A stretch of DNA of 64,000 nt from Rhizophagus irregularis (Eukaryota), in contig NC_089430.1 in assembly GCF_026210795.1 (NCBI RefSeq), positions 1,054,001 through 1,118,000 on the forward strand. Direction: 5' to 3'. Shown piece by piece: positions 46,658 to 58,949 of this stretch. Position 1 is the stretch's first letter. The number at the start of each line of letters is the position of its first letter. The notes beneath the pieces were generated by a model. The model had not been told where the DNA came from and searched no databases. It worked only from the letters and a program-made list of their open reading frames with translations. A program made the translations under genes and the position numbers.

Positions 46658-49044
46658 ATCCATTCTAAAACATTCTGATAATTTGTAATTATATATTATA
46701 TATATTAATTTTCCATTTCCTATCATTAATTTAATCTTTATATTCTCATATTCGTTTAGCCTTCTTCTTCTAATGTTTCATAAAAATATCCTATATTTTT
46801 TCTCAATTTATTTGTTTGCCTTTCTACCATCATTCTCTCATCGTTTAGGCTTGTCAATATTTTATTTATTTTAAATTTAGCGACTAATTTTGTCGATTAT
46901 TTCATTAACATTTCTAAAAATAGATCTCTAATTTTAGTAGATCGCTATATTTAGATTCCATTAACTTAATTTGTTATTTTAGCCCCTCAATCTATCATGT
47001 TTTACTATTTAAAATATTTTTCCCTTGTTTTAAAAATAATTCTTCTTACTCCAGAAATTTTCCACATGTCACCATACGTCTTATATTATTATTTCTAATT
47101 AATTTTTATTATTATCCAATTATATTTTCTTAATATTGCGCAATTTTTCTTCATAATTTTTCTATCATAATACTCATGTCTGATCTCCTGATTTTATCAT
47201 TTATCTCGATAAATTCTTCGTCCTCAAAATAATTTATTTTTACGCGTTTTACGTATTTTACGCGTATTATCTTCCATTTAAATATCCATAAAATTCTACT
47301 TATTCACACTCCTTTTTCTTCCCACATTATTTCATGTTTATCATTATTATCATTTTATTTTATTTTATTCTATTATTATTATTATTTTTTTTTTTTTTTT
47401 TAACTCCATTTTTCCTATACTATTTTATTTCAACTCCTTACGCTGTGATTTTAATTTTCCTTAGGTAAGCAGCGCTAAAGACGGCTGGTTCTATGATGGA
47501 CTTGGAGAGTCCAAACCTCTGCACATTATACGTGTATACTTTTATAGTCCCTAAAGTATAATAAGATATGTTTGGCTCAGTGCCTGAGAACGTCCCGCTA
47601 CAGTTTTAATGATACTGCTTATAAGATTGTCAGAAGTCCGAGGGTTTCAAGGAATATCTCGGTTATGCCGAAATGGAATGCGAAACAGATGTCTCCTTCT
47701 GACTTGAACGTACTCTCTATTTATTTTAGGTTTTTCGTCCCATATCTCTCTGTCCAACAAAATCACTCTTTTAATTAATCAGCTGACTTGTCGATCATCT
47801 AATCTGTTGATCATCTCATCCATTTGATTACACCATTATTTTACTAATTGTAGATCAATTCAATTTTGTAAGTGTTCCTCGTGGTTGTTTTCTAATTCTT
47901 TCCTATTACTTCGCAATTCTTATTAATATTTTCTCATAAAATTTTCTACTTTTCTTTTTACTTTTTTTTTTAATTTTACGCTTTATTATTCTTTCAACAA
48001 TTTCATAATGTCTCTCGTAACTTTCTGTTTCACTATATTTCTCGACTTATTGGTGAGTAATTTATTATTTCAAAAGAAAATGATTATTATTCTATTTAAT
48101 ATTCTGTAATCTAACTTTACACTTTTCAATAATTTTCTTAGTCTCTTCGTTATAATTCTCACGGTATATACTTTTTAGCTTGTTACTCCTCTCTTCTATT
48201 CCTATATAGTAAGTATTATTAAACTCCTTTCTCTTTTCTTTTCTTTTCTTTCAAATACTCTTCTTTTCTTTATAATAATCCAACTCAACCAAAAATCATT
48301 TTCTATTCTATAGGTATATTTTCTTTATTTTTCACTCTCTTGTCACGTGACTTTTCTTTCAATTAAACTGAATATGCTTTTAGATTCTACAGGTAAGCAG
48401 CGCTAAAGTTTTAGATCAGTTTTAATGATACTGCTTACAGTCAATATTCGTATCGAGTAGTTAGTTATAGGCGATTAGATGCCTCGTAAGGGGTTAAGGG
48501 CGTAAAATTTTCAATCATTAACAAACTATAACTAACTCTTGCCAACCCTTTAAAACTCTCTTCTTTCTCGCATTTCCCTTTCCCTTTATTATTATTTTCT
48601 TCATCGTTGTGCGCTCCTCGTTCTGTACGATGTCCCCATTACTTTATTAGGTATGCGATATTCCATTTCAAAGACTTTTACGAACTCGACCTTCTTCAAC
48701 ACGTGATAATGACATTAAGAATTATTGCATTCCCTCCAATCTTTATATTCATTTTATTTCAGAATAGTCTTCTTTATTTATACTAGTATTCACCTGTTAA
48801 CTACGTTAACAGTTAGGGATAAATCTGCTTACAGTCTGTATAACAATTCTGTATATTTATAGTAATACGCACTTTTCAATTTTATTACTTAACAATTCTT
48901 AAAAAAAAAATTATTTTTTATTTATTCTTTGGGTTTTGCTAACGATCACACCAGTGGTGATTTTCACTATACATAAATTTTATTGGTTAATTTTTTGCAT
49001 TGACACAATTTTTATTTTTTAGTGATAGCTCTTTTATTTTTTGC

Positions 49045-51160
49045 CTAATAACATAAAGATCAATAAAAACGCGAAAATCAAGGATAAGATCAAAGGGTAA
49101 TCACATCCCAAAGATAAAGAACACAAAGATCAATAAAAAACGCGAAAATCAAGGATAAGATCAAAGGGTAACCACATCCCAAAGATAAAGAACACAAAGA
49201 TCAATAAAAAATGCGAAAATTGAGGATAAGATCAAGGTAATCACATCCCAAAGATAAAGAACATAAAGATCAATAAAAATGCAAAAATCAAAGATCAGAT
49301 CAGAAATGTTAGTAGTGTTCTTAAATCAAAAAAAAACCAAAAAAGAAACAAAAAAACAAATGCAAATACTCACTTCAAAGCCAAAATCTGGAGTCCAAGT
49401 CCGTCCCTAAAGAAAAAGAAAGAAAAGGAACATTAGTAGTGTTCCAAATCAAAAAAGAAAAAGAAACAACAAACAACACAAAACTCACTCCAAAACCGAA
49501 ATCTTGAGTCCAGTAATATCCGAGTTCATTCTTAAAGAAAAAGAAAGGAAAAGGAACGTTAGTAGCGTTCCTAAATCAAAAAAAAAACAAAAACAAACAA
49601 AAAAACAATTGCAAATACTTGCCCCAAAGCCAAAATCTAGTGTCCAGTAATATCCAAGTTTATTCCTAAAGAAAAATAAAGGAAAAGGAACGTTAGTAGC
49701 GTTTCCAAATCAAAAAAAAATAAAAATAAAAAATAACGTGAATACTTACTTTAAAGCCGAAAGCTGAAGTCCAGGTTCGAAGTCAAGACAGCTTGCTTTT
49801 GTAAAAGCTAGACTCGGAAAGTTAAGTTGCAAGAAAGACAAAAGAATGCGTGGAAGGGATAAAATCCTGAAAAGCGGGCAAACCTAGCAGTGCTCAGTCT
49901 CTAAAGAAAAAAAAAACAAAAGTTGCACCATGCAAAATCACGGCGCGGCGCAAGCTTTTTCTGAGATTCTTTCTTTTTTTGTAGGTCGGTATTCAGCATT
50001 CTTCTATAGAGTTCTTTTCTTTTTTGTAGGTCAGTTCGGTATTCTCTTTCTTGTAGGATGACGCTCTGGGATTCTCTTTCTTGTAGGACGACGCCTTCAG
50101 GATTCTTTTACTTTTTTTGTAGGTCAGTATTTGGTATTCTTTATCGGGTTCTTTTCTTTTTTGTAGATCAGTTTGGTATTCTCTTTTTTGTAGGTTGGTA
50201 TTATTTGGTATTCTTCTATCGGGTTCATATTTTCTCTTTCTTTCAATTTCCCTTTCGTTAGAAGTTAGAAGTTTCTAACCTCTTTCATTTTTTTTTCTTT
50301 AGGTCGGTCCTTTTTTCAGCATCGGACTCCAAGTAGGTAGAGCCCTCTTTCTTTTATTTTCCTTTAGTTAGAGGTTGCTAACCTTTTTCGTCTTTTTTTC
50401 TTTAGGTCAGTCCTCTTTTTAACATGAAATTCCAGGTAAGTCTTTCTTTGTTTTCGCTTGTTCTGCTTTGTTTTGTTTCATTTTTCGTTCGTTCTAACCT
50501 TTACCCTCTCCATTTAGGTCCCGGTTCTTTCAGCTCTTCAACCCTATGGTACATTTTTTGTTTAGTTTTATTTGTGTTGTTTGTTTTGTTTCGCTTTTTG
50601 CTCGTTCTTACCTTTACTCTCTCCATTTAGGTCCTGGCTCTTTGGCTTTAAGGTGCGACTTGTTTTCATTTTTTGTTTGCTTTGTTTCATTTTTTGTTTG
50701 TTTTAACCTTTACCCTTTCCATTTAGGTCCCGGTTCTTTCAGCTCTTCGACCTTAAGGTACATTTTTTGTTTAGTTTTGTTTGTGTTGTTTGTTTTGTTT
50801 CGCTTTTCGCTCATTCTTACCTTTACTCTCTCCATTTAGGTCCTGGCTTTTCAGCTCTAAGGTGCAACTTATTTTCATTTTTTGTTTGCTTTATTTTGTT
50901 TTTCGTTCATTCTAACCTTTACCCTCTCCATTTAGGTCCCGGTTCTTTCGGCTCTTCGACCCTAAGGTGCATTTTTTGTTTAGTTTTGTTTGTGTTGCTT
51001 GTTTTGTTTCGCTTTTCGCTCATTCTTACCTTTACTCTCTCCATTTAGGTCCCGGCTCTTCAGCTCTAAGGTGCGACTTATTTTTGTTTTGTTGTTTGTT
51101 TTGTTTGTTTTATTTTGTTTTTCATTCGTTCTAACCTCTACTCTCTTTCCATTTAGGTAT
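49045..51160. repeat. Complex tandem repeats inside the LTR element (~69-bp units at 49050-49300, ~125-bp units at 49305-49770, ~110-120-bp alternating T-rich units at 50470-51160)
   Basis: Recurring AAAGATCAATAAAAA.GCGAAAATCAAGGATAAG, GTTAGTAG.GTT..AAATCAAAAAA, and CCTTTAC.CTCTCCATTTAGGTCC. Unit sizes estimated by eye. Confidence 0.75.
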
Positions 51161-52363
51161 GCGCGGTGGGTTCTTTTTTTTGCTTTTCTTTTTTCGTTGT
51201 TGAAGAAAGGGAAAGGTAATAAAGTTAATTTAAAAACGCGTAACTGCCTTTATTAAGATCGCGTCATGTGTGTCATGCACTGCGGTTACACAATTTGTAA
51301 ATAGTTATTTATGTGGGTAGTCTAAACATAACGCCCACGTGATTGCAGTGTTTTTAAATATATAGATATTTTATCTTCTTTCTCATTTACAAAATCGTTA
51401 TTCTATATCATAATAAATTTTCATATCGCTTCTTCTAAATTTGAATTATTCCGCGTTATTCCAGAATTTTCCAGATTTCTTAATTTTCCCGTTGTAATAA
51501 TTTCAAATATGATCATCATATTTTACTTTTCTATTAACATCTCTTCTTTCTAGTTTTCTTTATCTTCTTGTATTCTTCACAACTTTATTATGTATTACTC
51601 ATATTTCTGTATTATATATATCAATTAATAAAGTATTAATTTTATCATTAATTTGTTAAATATGAAATCTATGTGTGGTTCTGTTTATCATCATAACTCT
51701 AATACTTTTATAAAAATAAAGTTTTCTTTTAGCGATTTTAATTATTTTCTCAATAATTTTCGCATTCAATTATTACCCTCTCATTCTTGATAGTACATTC
51801 ATATTTTAATAATTTTACCTCTTAGGAATCGTCTACTTATTTTTTTCTTATCTCGTAAACATCTCTTCATTATTATTCACGCTTTGTAAATTACTCTTCT
51901 TATTGTATCATTATTTGTACTGTCCAGATATTTTATTTTGTTCTCATTTCATCTGTTTGCAAAATGATCATACTTTGCATTTTCCATTTGTCCATATATA
52001 AATTCTCATTACTGGTATAAATCTTACTCTTTTTATATTTTAAATATTCTGTTCCTTTCATCAATTAATCTTTCGTTCATTACACATTTCTACTTCAATT
52101 TTTAAATGCTTTTTTAATCAAATCATTTCTTTTGTTATTTCTATTATCATTAATCTGATCTTCAGTCGATTAATTTTGATTTTCTTACATTGTCTTGTTG
52201 ATCGTTCATCTCCATTGTTATGTCAATCATTTTTTTTTTTTTTTTTTTTATCTTATCAAATTCTCCATTTCTTTTCTTTTTACTAGATGGATAACTTTCT
52301 TCTCCATCTTTTCTTATCAGTATTATATATTCCATTAATTTTGCATACGTATTTCTGTTATAA

Positions 52364-52575
52364 GGGGATGGCCAGAAATGACGTAATTTAAATTTTAGGA
52401 TTTTTGACCCCCCCCTCCCCATGTCATCATTCATTTTAGGAAATGTAAAATTAAAACACAATTCTGGCTAGAATTATATTAACTACAAGTGTCTAAAAAT
52501 GGAAGATGTGTAACATCATTATGGTCTTAGCCCCCCTCCCCCCCTTAGGAAATGACATCATTTCTGGCAGTCCCC
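52364..52575. mobile_element. PIF/Harbinger-type MITE
   Basis: TIR GGGGATGGCCAGAAATGACGT / ACATCATTTCTGGCAGTCCCC; TAA TSD. Confidence 0.82.
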
Positions 52576-53595
52576 TAACTCATTGCTTTCAGTATTACTT
52601 TTTGAAAAATCTTCCAAAGTTCTTTAAACCAATTTCCTATCTCTATTTCGTCAGTATTATAACATTTTAGACATAAAGGGTTTACTTGATATTCTTCTCT
52701 TGATTCATTATATTTCTCTATTTCATGTCTATTCTTAATCTCTTCTAATTCATCATATATATCAGACATTTTAACTTATTTTATTTACTTATTTATTTGC
52801 AAAATGATTTCATTTCGTATTTTTATTTTTATTCATGTAGTAATTATTCATTTATTATTTCAATCTTTATTTCCTTATATTTTTACGTATATAACTTCTT
52901 ATTACATTTCTTTATTACACTTTCTATTACATAACGTTCTATTACTCGTACTTAATATTCTTTGACTTCATTAATCCTCAATTGATTTAATGTCTTTTCA
53001 GACAACTGCTTGTCCTTTAATTCTTATTATCCAAATATTTCTCAATTAGCTTATATTCCAATCTTAACCACTTAATTTCATTACATTTATTACCCTTCTT
53101 ATAATATCTTTTTATTTCAATTATTATCTTTTTTAACATTTTCAGACACTTATTTTGTCCTTTAGCACTCTTTCTACTTTTTCAAATTTTATATTCTGTC
53201 TGTTCATATACTTTCTGATTATTCCTATATGCAGCTATTTTGCATTCTCCCATTTGCAATATATTCATATTTTTGTGTTCACATCTTTCTTCATATTCAC
53301 TAAGATATTCCATTCCTTTTCGAAAGTACTCTTTACATAACGTTTCTATTTTATTTCTTAAACTTTCTTCACTTTCTTCCCTGACTTCAAAATAATTAAT
53401 TTCTCGTAACGTTACATTCTCTATTTTCTCGCAATATTTACATTTCACTTCACCGTCTATTCTAATAAACCCTTTTCCATTTATATTTTCAAATATCATC
53501 ATTTCCATTTCTAGTATTTTATTCAAAATTTCTTATTTATTATTATTTTATTTTGTCATTATTCATTTTCTTTTACTTTTATAATAATCGATTAC

Positions 53596-53856
53596 TCAAC
53601 TTCTATTATCACTTGAGTATCTATCAATTATTCTAAATTTTAAATTCAACCATTTAATCTCATTTTTATCCCAATCTGCAATACACATTCCTTCATTTTC
53701 AAACCATTGTAGCACATTTCCTAACAAATGTGTCTTCACAATTTTAAATATTCTTTTATCATCTTTAATTCCTATCTTTGACAGATATTTTTCTACTTGA
53801 TCCGTCCATTCTTTCGGATTTTCTCTTATTACACCATAAAATATTGGTATTTCCAT
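53596..53856 (-). CDS. Truncated Gag N-terminal domain of the LTR element
   Basis: IPIFYG...ENPKEW.DQVE.Y...........HL.G..LQWF.....W..LK..I..RY. Confidence 0.65.
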   Translation of the reverse strand: MEIPIFYGVIRENPKEWTDQVEKYLSKIGIKDDKRIFKIVKTHLLGNVLQWFENEGMCIADWDKNEIKWLNLKFRIIDRYSSDNRS

Positions 53857-54055
53857 TTTAACGCTCTATTTTATCTCCCAAATATAATTACACTTTTATT
53901 CTCTTTCACAATATAAATTTGCACTTTTTATAATTTACTTTAAATATTTTATTTCTTTATTTATCAATTCTTTCATTTATTACATATATTTCTCATACTT
54001 CTTCTAATTTCATTTCATTTAACTCTTAAACTTCATCTCTATATATTTCAACTTT

Positions 54056-54931
54056 TTATTCTTCCATTATACTATTTCTTTCTTCTTCTATTTCATTTAT
54101 TTTTCTTATTAATTCATCAACTTCACCTTTCTTTTCTTTAAGGTTTATTATTGTATTCATACTGGTATTTTTCATTCTATTTATTTTACTTCTTCCTCCT
54201 ATTCCCTTAAATAATTTGTAAACTCTTTCAGCTCTTTCAATCTTACTTTGTATCGCTTTTCTGCTAAATCCTTTTAATCTTTTTGTTAATTCATTATACA
54301 TCTTAGTTCTTATTGACTTTTCTTTTATTCTTAATTTGTTTCTTTCTTTTTCAACCTTGTTTCTAACAGCTTTTCCTACATCATACCAACATTTTATTGC
54401 TTCCTGTCCCACTTTTATTGCCTTGGTAAACAATCTTTCTAATGTCACCTCTTGATCATTTTCTTCACTTTCTAGTGATTCTTTTACTGTTGATACACTA
54501 AGGTCTTTTAATAATTCATAAAATGCTTTTGATCTTTCCATTACTACTTCTTTTTCAATTTCTTCCTTATCCGTCCCTGATCTATATTCTTCACTACTGG
54601 TATCATCTTCATTATTTGTTACATTTTCTTTGTGATTACTGTCATCATTTTCTCCAATATCTTCGTCAGTATCCATTTCTCCTTTGTTATTATAAATATT
54701 ATCATTACTTTCTTCAACTTCATCATTTATTTCTTTTATTTCTTCAACTTTTCTTATTTTGCATTCTTTCCTACTATTAACTTCTTTTATTACTATTTCA
54801 TATGTAACATGCCATTTTTCAATTATTACATCCTCTTCATTATAAATATCTATTTCAATATTATCTTCTGTACTCAACTTATTTTTAATTCTCTCTAATT
54901 TTTCTTTCGGTATTTCAAATTTCAATGGCAT
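54056..54931 (-). CDS. Hypothetical 291-aa charged protein carried by the LTR element
   Basis: Open 291-codon frame just downstream of the 5' LTR leader; no Gag or Pol motif recognised. Confidence 0.55.
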   Translation of the reverse strand: MPLKFEIPKEKLERIKNKLSTEDNIEIDIYNEEDVIIEKWHVTYEIVIKEVNSRKECKIRKVEEIKEINDEVEESNDNIYNNKGEMDTDEDIGENDDSNHKENVTNNEDDTSSEEYRSGTDKEEIEKEVVMERSKAFYELLKDLSVSTVKESLESEENDQEVTLERLFTKAIKVGQEAIKCWYDVGKAVRNKVEKERNKLRIKEKSIRTKMYNELTKRLKGFSRKAIQSKIERAERVYKLFKGIGGRSKINRMKNTSMNTIINLKEKKGEVDELIRKINEIEEERNSIMEE

Positions 54932-56338
54932 ATTTTATGGCTTTTACTTGTATTTTATTTTTGTTAATTATATATCAGAATTTATTTTATTATTATTTTT
55001 TTTTTTAATTTCGATCTCCTCAGCTCTGAGGACGTCCTATATATATTATTTCTATGCTTACATAATCAATCATGTGACTTGTACTTTCTCTTATTTCTTT
55101 TATCTTCTTTCTTTATTTTCTCAACACGTGATCTGTATCACTCCAAAAATTATAAATACACCCCCTTTTCCTTTTAAATTTCAATTTTTCGCATTTTATT
55201 TTTATTCCACTGCATCAAGGTATGTATTATTTATTCTTTTTGTCACTTTACTGTGCTTTATGTAACCTACTTTTTCATATGATTTGTACTACTCACGTGA
55301 CTTCTTACATAATATTCTTATGTAATCTCCTCAGCTCTGGGGAGGTCTATATTCTCATATAACTTTTATTTTTCTGAAAATAATCTAAGTCCACAATCTT
55401 CTCAGACCGGGGAGGTCTATATATGTATTTTACTGCGCATTCACACAATTTACCTTACAACATTTATTTATTAAATTCTTTTAACAACATCATTTTCTTT
55501 ATTTCATTTTATAATTTCTTACATTGCTATTATCATTCTCTTACTTGACCAGCAAGTTCCTTCAAAAATAAATTAATATGAGGGTTTAACACCGCTTTAC
55601 CCACAACGTACAATAATAATAATGGGGTTTCTTACAGTTTAACCCGCAACTTACAATCTAGAGGGTTTATTACAGCTTAACCCACAACTTACAATCTTAT
55701 AGTGTTTTAAAGGTTCCCACATAACCACTAGTGTTTTTCTTGTTAGGTTCCCACGCAACCTCTTGGGTTTATAGTTCACCCGCAACTTTTTGCATTATTT
55801 CTTTTATTAGATTTACTTTCTTACCGTGAAATCTCAATACGGTCTTATTTTCTTCTATAGTCAATTATTATGACTAACTTAACTCCAATAATTCTTATAG
55901 AATTATCTCCTTTTATTTTCAATAACCTATACTAGGCTTACCTCTACCTTCACATCGAAGTATGTTAGTTTCTAGGTTTGTCATTAACAACTTTTATTTC
56001 TTATTTATCAGGTTTATACATCGTTTAATGTATTTTTCTTTCATTTCATGTTAGTCCTTTTTCATACTAACATATACTTCTTTCAACTTCTTATAATAAG
56101 CTTCATAATTTCCTGATAAATCTCCTAATCACAAGCAACACATGCTTTGATTATCCTTCATTACTTGTATTTCTTTTATTTCTCATTGTACACTTAATAA
56201 CTTTTTCTTTTTATACTCAAGTCCAGATCCTCTAGGAATACCACGCAGGTACCTAACTATATGAAGATAGTCAGAATGATCATATTTCATTCCTTTTATT
56301 CATTGATCATTTCCTTTCTCGAGAGCATTGCACCAAAT

Positions 56339-57012
56339 TGTCACCCACGTCTGCCACCCGTGGATAAACACATCTTTCTCATTTAACTTTATTTCTCGTT
56401 ACTTTGCTTGGTTTAGATTTTATTTTTCTTTTAACTTCTCACTTTCTTTCTCATTTATCCGTAGTATTTATTCTCAATACTACCACTCATTCATAATATT
56501 CCCAAAATATTATTCTTTATGTAATATTTATTCTTTCAAATATTACTACTTTATTTCCTATAAACTGCGAGAGTTCTCCTAACTTCTTATTATATTTCAT
56601 ACAACAAAACGAGAATAACTCCTTTCACTTTACTTTTCTGGACTTAATAGTATAATATTAATTAATTCTCAAGCGTACAATGAGCATATTCAAGATAACT
56701 TTTAATAATTAATATTTATTTTATTAAATTTGAGTCAAAAACTGACTGCAGAATTCCTAACGAATCCCACCTATATTTATACATTTTTAAGAAAATTATT
56801 TCTACTATTTCTAACTTTTCTACTAATAAAAATTTAAGAACAATAAGAAAATAAAGATGTATTATCATATGACTATCTCGTGACTAAACTAAACTAAACT
56901 ATAAATATTATTTTATCAGTTAATTATTTATCCATCAGTTAATTATTTATCCTTGTTCTATTTGGTCTTTTATCCATCTGCTCACGTGATTATCCTGATT
57001 TCTCGGGTTACA
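56339..57012 (-). repeat. 5' LTR
   Basis: Direct repeat of 45356-46028; adjacent to the PBS-like sequence. Confidence 0.93.
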
Positions 57013-57705
57013 GCGTGTTTTGCTGATATGAACGATGAATTCTGGTTACAAACCGGTAATTATTAATAATTATTATTTTAAATTAATTTTATTTAGGCAA
57101 TTCATTCAATTCATTAATATTTTTATTGGATTTTAGATCTGTTTAGACGAGAGTATCGACGGCAGCATGCTGCGCATGATCGACGTCGATATGAATATAG
57201 ATTGCGAAGGGAAAGAAGAAGGTCGCGATCTAGGTCTCGATCAAGAAGTAGATCAAGAAGTAGAGATAGAAGACGAGATAGAAGTAGAGATAGAAGACAA
57301 GATAGAAGTAGAGATAGAAGACGGGACAGAAGTAGAGATAGAAGAAGAGGTAGAAGCAGGTCCCCACATAGAAGATAAAGATATTATTAAATTTTAATTT
57401 TTATTATATTTTTAATCGTGTATTTTATTAGTTTAATATTAAATATTATAAAATAAATATTTACATACAAAAATTCATATTGTCTTTAATCTTTATTCTT
57501 ATAAATTGTTTAAATGCCGAAACTCTAATTAAATCATATAGAAAGTATTGCCGAAACGCTGAAATAGTTTCGGCAAGTTACGGCAGTTTCGCGATTTTGA
57601 TAGGTTTCGCAGTTTTGGCATTTCTTGATGATTTCGCGAAACTAGTTTTGGCAGTTTCACGTACGCCATTCTGCCGAAACCCTCTAGTTTCGGCAAGCAA
57701 CCTTA

Positions 57706-58120
57706 GTCGTCCATGTGTAAAGTAACCAGTGATGAGATCCTGGATTTTTTTAGGTGCATCTATCAGATCCTCAAAGATTACTACAGTAGCTTGAGTAGAG
57801 TCAAAGGAGTCAATCTTTGGAATCTCACTATGGGTTACTGCAGTGAATGGGATCTTCTCCTCTTCGAAAAAATCATGTACAACTGCCCACTTCGGCTCGT
57901 CAAGATATCTGCCAACTAAAAGTACTGCATCACATAGTACATACCGATTACCATCCTCCTTTGCCTTCTTGTCACCCATTAACAAGTTAATGATCATAGT
58001 TGTTTTACCTGAGTCTGAGCTACCTGCTACGGCTAATCGAAAGGGCCATGATGGAGCAAACTCATTGCCTTGTCTTGAGTCAGTCGTGTACTCATCCAAA
58101 TTGTATACATAAAGATCCAT
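57706..58120 (-). pseudogene. Packaging ATPase copy A, 5' part
   Basis: AGSSDSGKTT, VVIFEDL, YFTHGR, then interrupted by the hAT TIR. Confidence 0.88.
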
Positions 58121-58151
58121 TTGAATTTTATTCTAACTTAGTTTAAATACT

Positions 58152-58949
58152 ATGTCAACATCAACACCAATTCCAGTTTATACTCCTTCAGAACCTACTG
58201 GACCGCCTCCTGCACACTTGACCAATGAAGAAAATGATGATGAATTAGTTAGAATACTTAAGGCTCATGCAAATTTATTGACTACCAGGGGTCATTTAAC
58301 TGTTGATTCAGAGATACAGGAGGCAAATAATCAAATCAAACATATTATTAATATATTAATGTATCGCTGTAAAGCAAAACATAAAGAACTTGGTATTACA
58401 AAAGATTTGTTAGTTTTTGCACAAGGTAAGATAAATGCATTTGATGATATGTTTACTAATTTAGAACGTCAATTAGTTATTATACGTGCTGCCAATGATA
58501 ATTTCATAGAAGAAAACCATAACCTGCAAAGAGATTATGATACTATGGTAGAGCTTCATCGACGGGCTATAGGTGAACGTAATCAGGCACGACATGAACG
58601 TAATGTATTACAAGCAGATTATACTCAAGCAGTAAGGGATCGTAATGAGGCTCAAAATGCTGTGAATTGTGGTAATATCCTTCTAAATCATTGGCGGCTG
58701 AGGGCTACTCGGACTGGAGGACAACTTGTATTGACTAATGTGCAACTTGGACAGGTTAATGCACAGCTAGCATATGCTAATAATAGGGTGCGTTTTGGGA
58801 TTCAGACATTAGGGAGACTTAGGAATAGACTTTTCCAACAGATAGCTGCTCTTAGAATTCAGGTACAATGGTTTCGAATTAGACAATTGAACCCTCCTCC
58901 ACCTCTTTTAAACAATCCACTAGAGACGATATGGCTACCACTGCGATAG
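58152..58949 (+). CDS. Coiled-coil protein upstream of Gag (265 aa, intact in copy A)
   Basis: Homologue of 30355-31152; carries T_TTA_AAC at 58907-58913. Confidence 0.75.
   Translation: MSTSTPIPVYTPSEPTGPPPAHLTNEENDDELVRILKAHANLLTTRGHLTVDSEIQEANNQIKHIINILMYRCKAKHKELGITKDLLVFAQGKINAFDDMFTNLERQLVIIRAANDNFIEENHNLQRDYDTMVELHRRAIGERNQARHERNVLQADYTQAVRDRNEAQNAVNCGNILLNHWRLRATRTGGQLVLTNVQLGQVNAQLAYANNRVRFGIQTLGRLRNRLFQQIAALRIQVQWFRIRQLNPPPPLLNNPLETIWLPLR

Larger units (their letters stand above)
45356..57012 (-). mobile_element. Non-autonomous LTR retrotransposon (Ty3/Gypsy-like; most of pol missing)
   Basis: Near-identical ~673-bp direct repeats with TG...CA ends; 4-bp TSD ACGT/GCGT. Minus-strand PBS-like TGGTGCAATGCTCTC at ~56321-56335 and a G-run PPT-like tract at ~46029-46039. 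Confidence 0.9.
45043..57378 (+). pseudogene. Myb/SANT-like + RS-repeat gene of hAT copy 2, split by the LTR element (exon 1: 45043-45355 + 57017-57055; exon 2: 57137-57378)
   Basis: ...TPRQCQTKWNALKRGYEN... continues after the LTR as ACFADMNDEFWLQT, then a GT-AG intron, then DLFRREYRR...RSRSRSRSRSRSRDRRRDRSR...SPHRR*. Confidence 0.75.
41313..57705 (+). mobile_element. hAT DNA transposon, copy 2 (same family as 5726-12337, opposite orientation), containing an LTR element and a MITE
   Basis: TIR TAAGGTTGCTTGC / GCAAGCAACCTTA; 8-bp TSD GTCGTCCA (41305-41312, 57706-57713). Confidence 0.95.

Noticed and set aside
50058..51256. Phe/Leu-rich 'membrane protein' ORFs
   Set aside because: By-products of T-rich tandem repeats.
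48931..51337. Separate TIR transposon around the repeat block inside the LTR element
   Set aside because: Candidate ends (GGG.../...CCC) match poorly and no convincing TSD was found.
57167..57397. Acidic 76-aa ORF (also 6034-6264)
   Set aside because: Alternative frame of the repeat; splice phase from the Myb exon selects the RS-rich frame instead.
57480..57725. ORFs over hAT subterminal regions (also 5658-5951) and the apparent ATPase C-terminus RLRLLAETRG...
   Set aside because: Read-through into TIR and subterminal CCGAAAC repeats; not real coding sequence.
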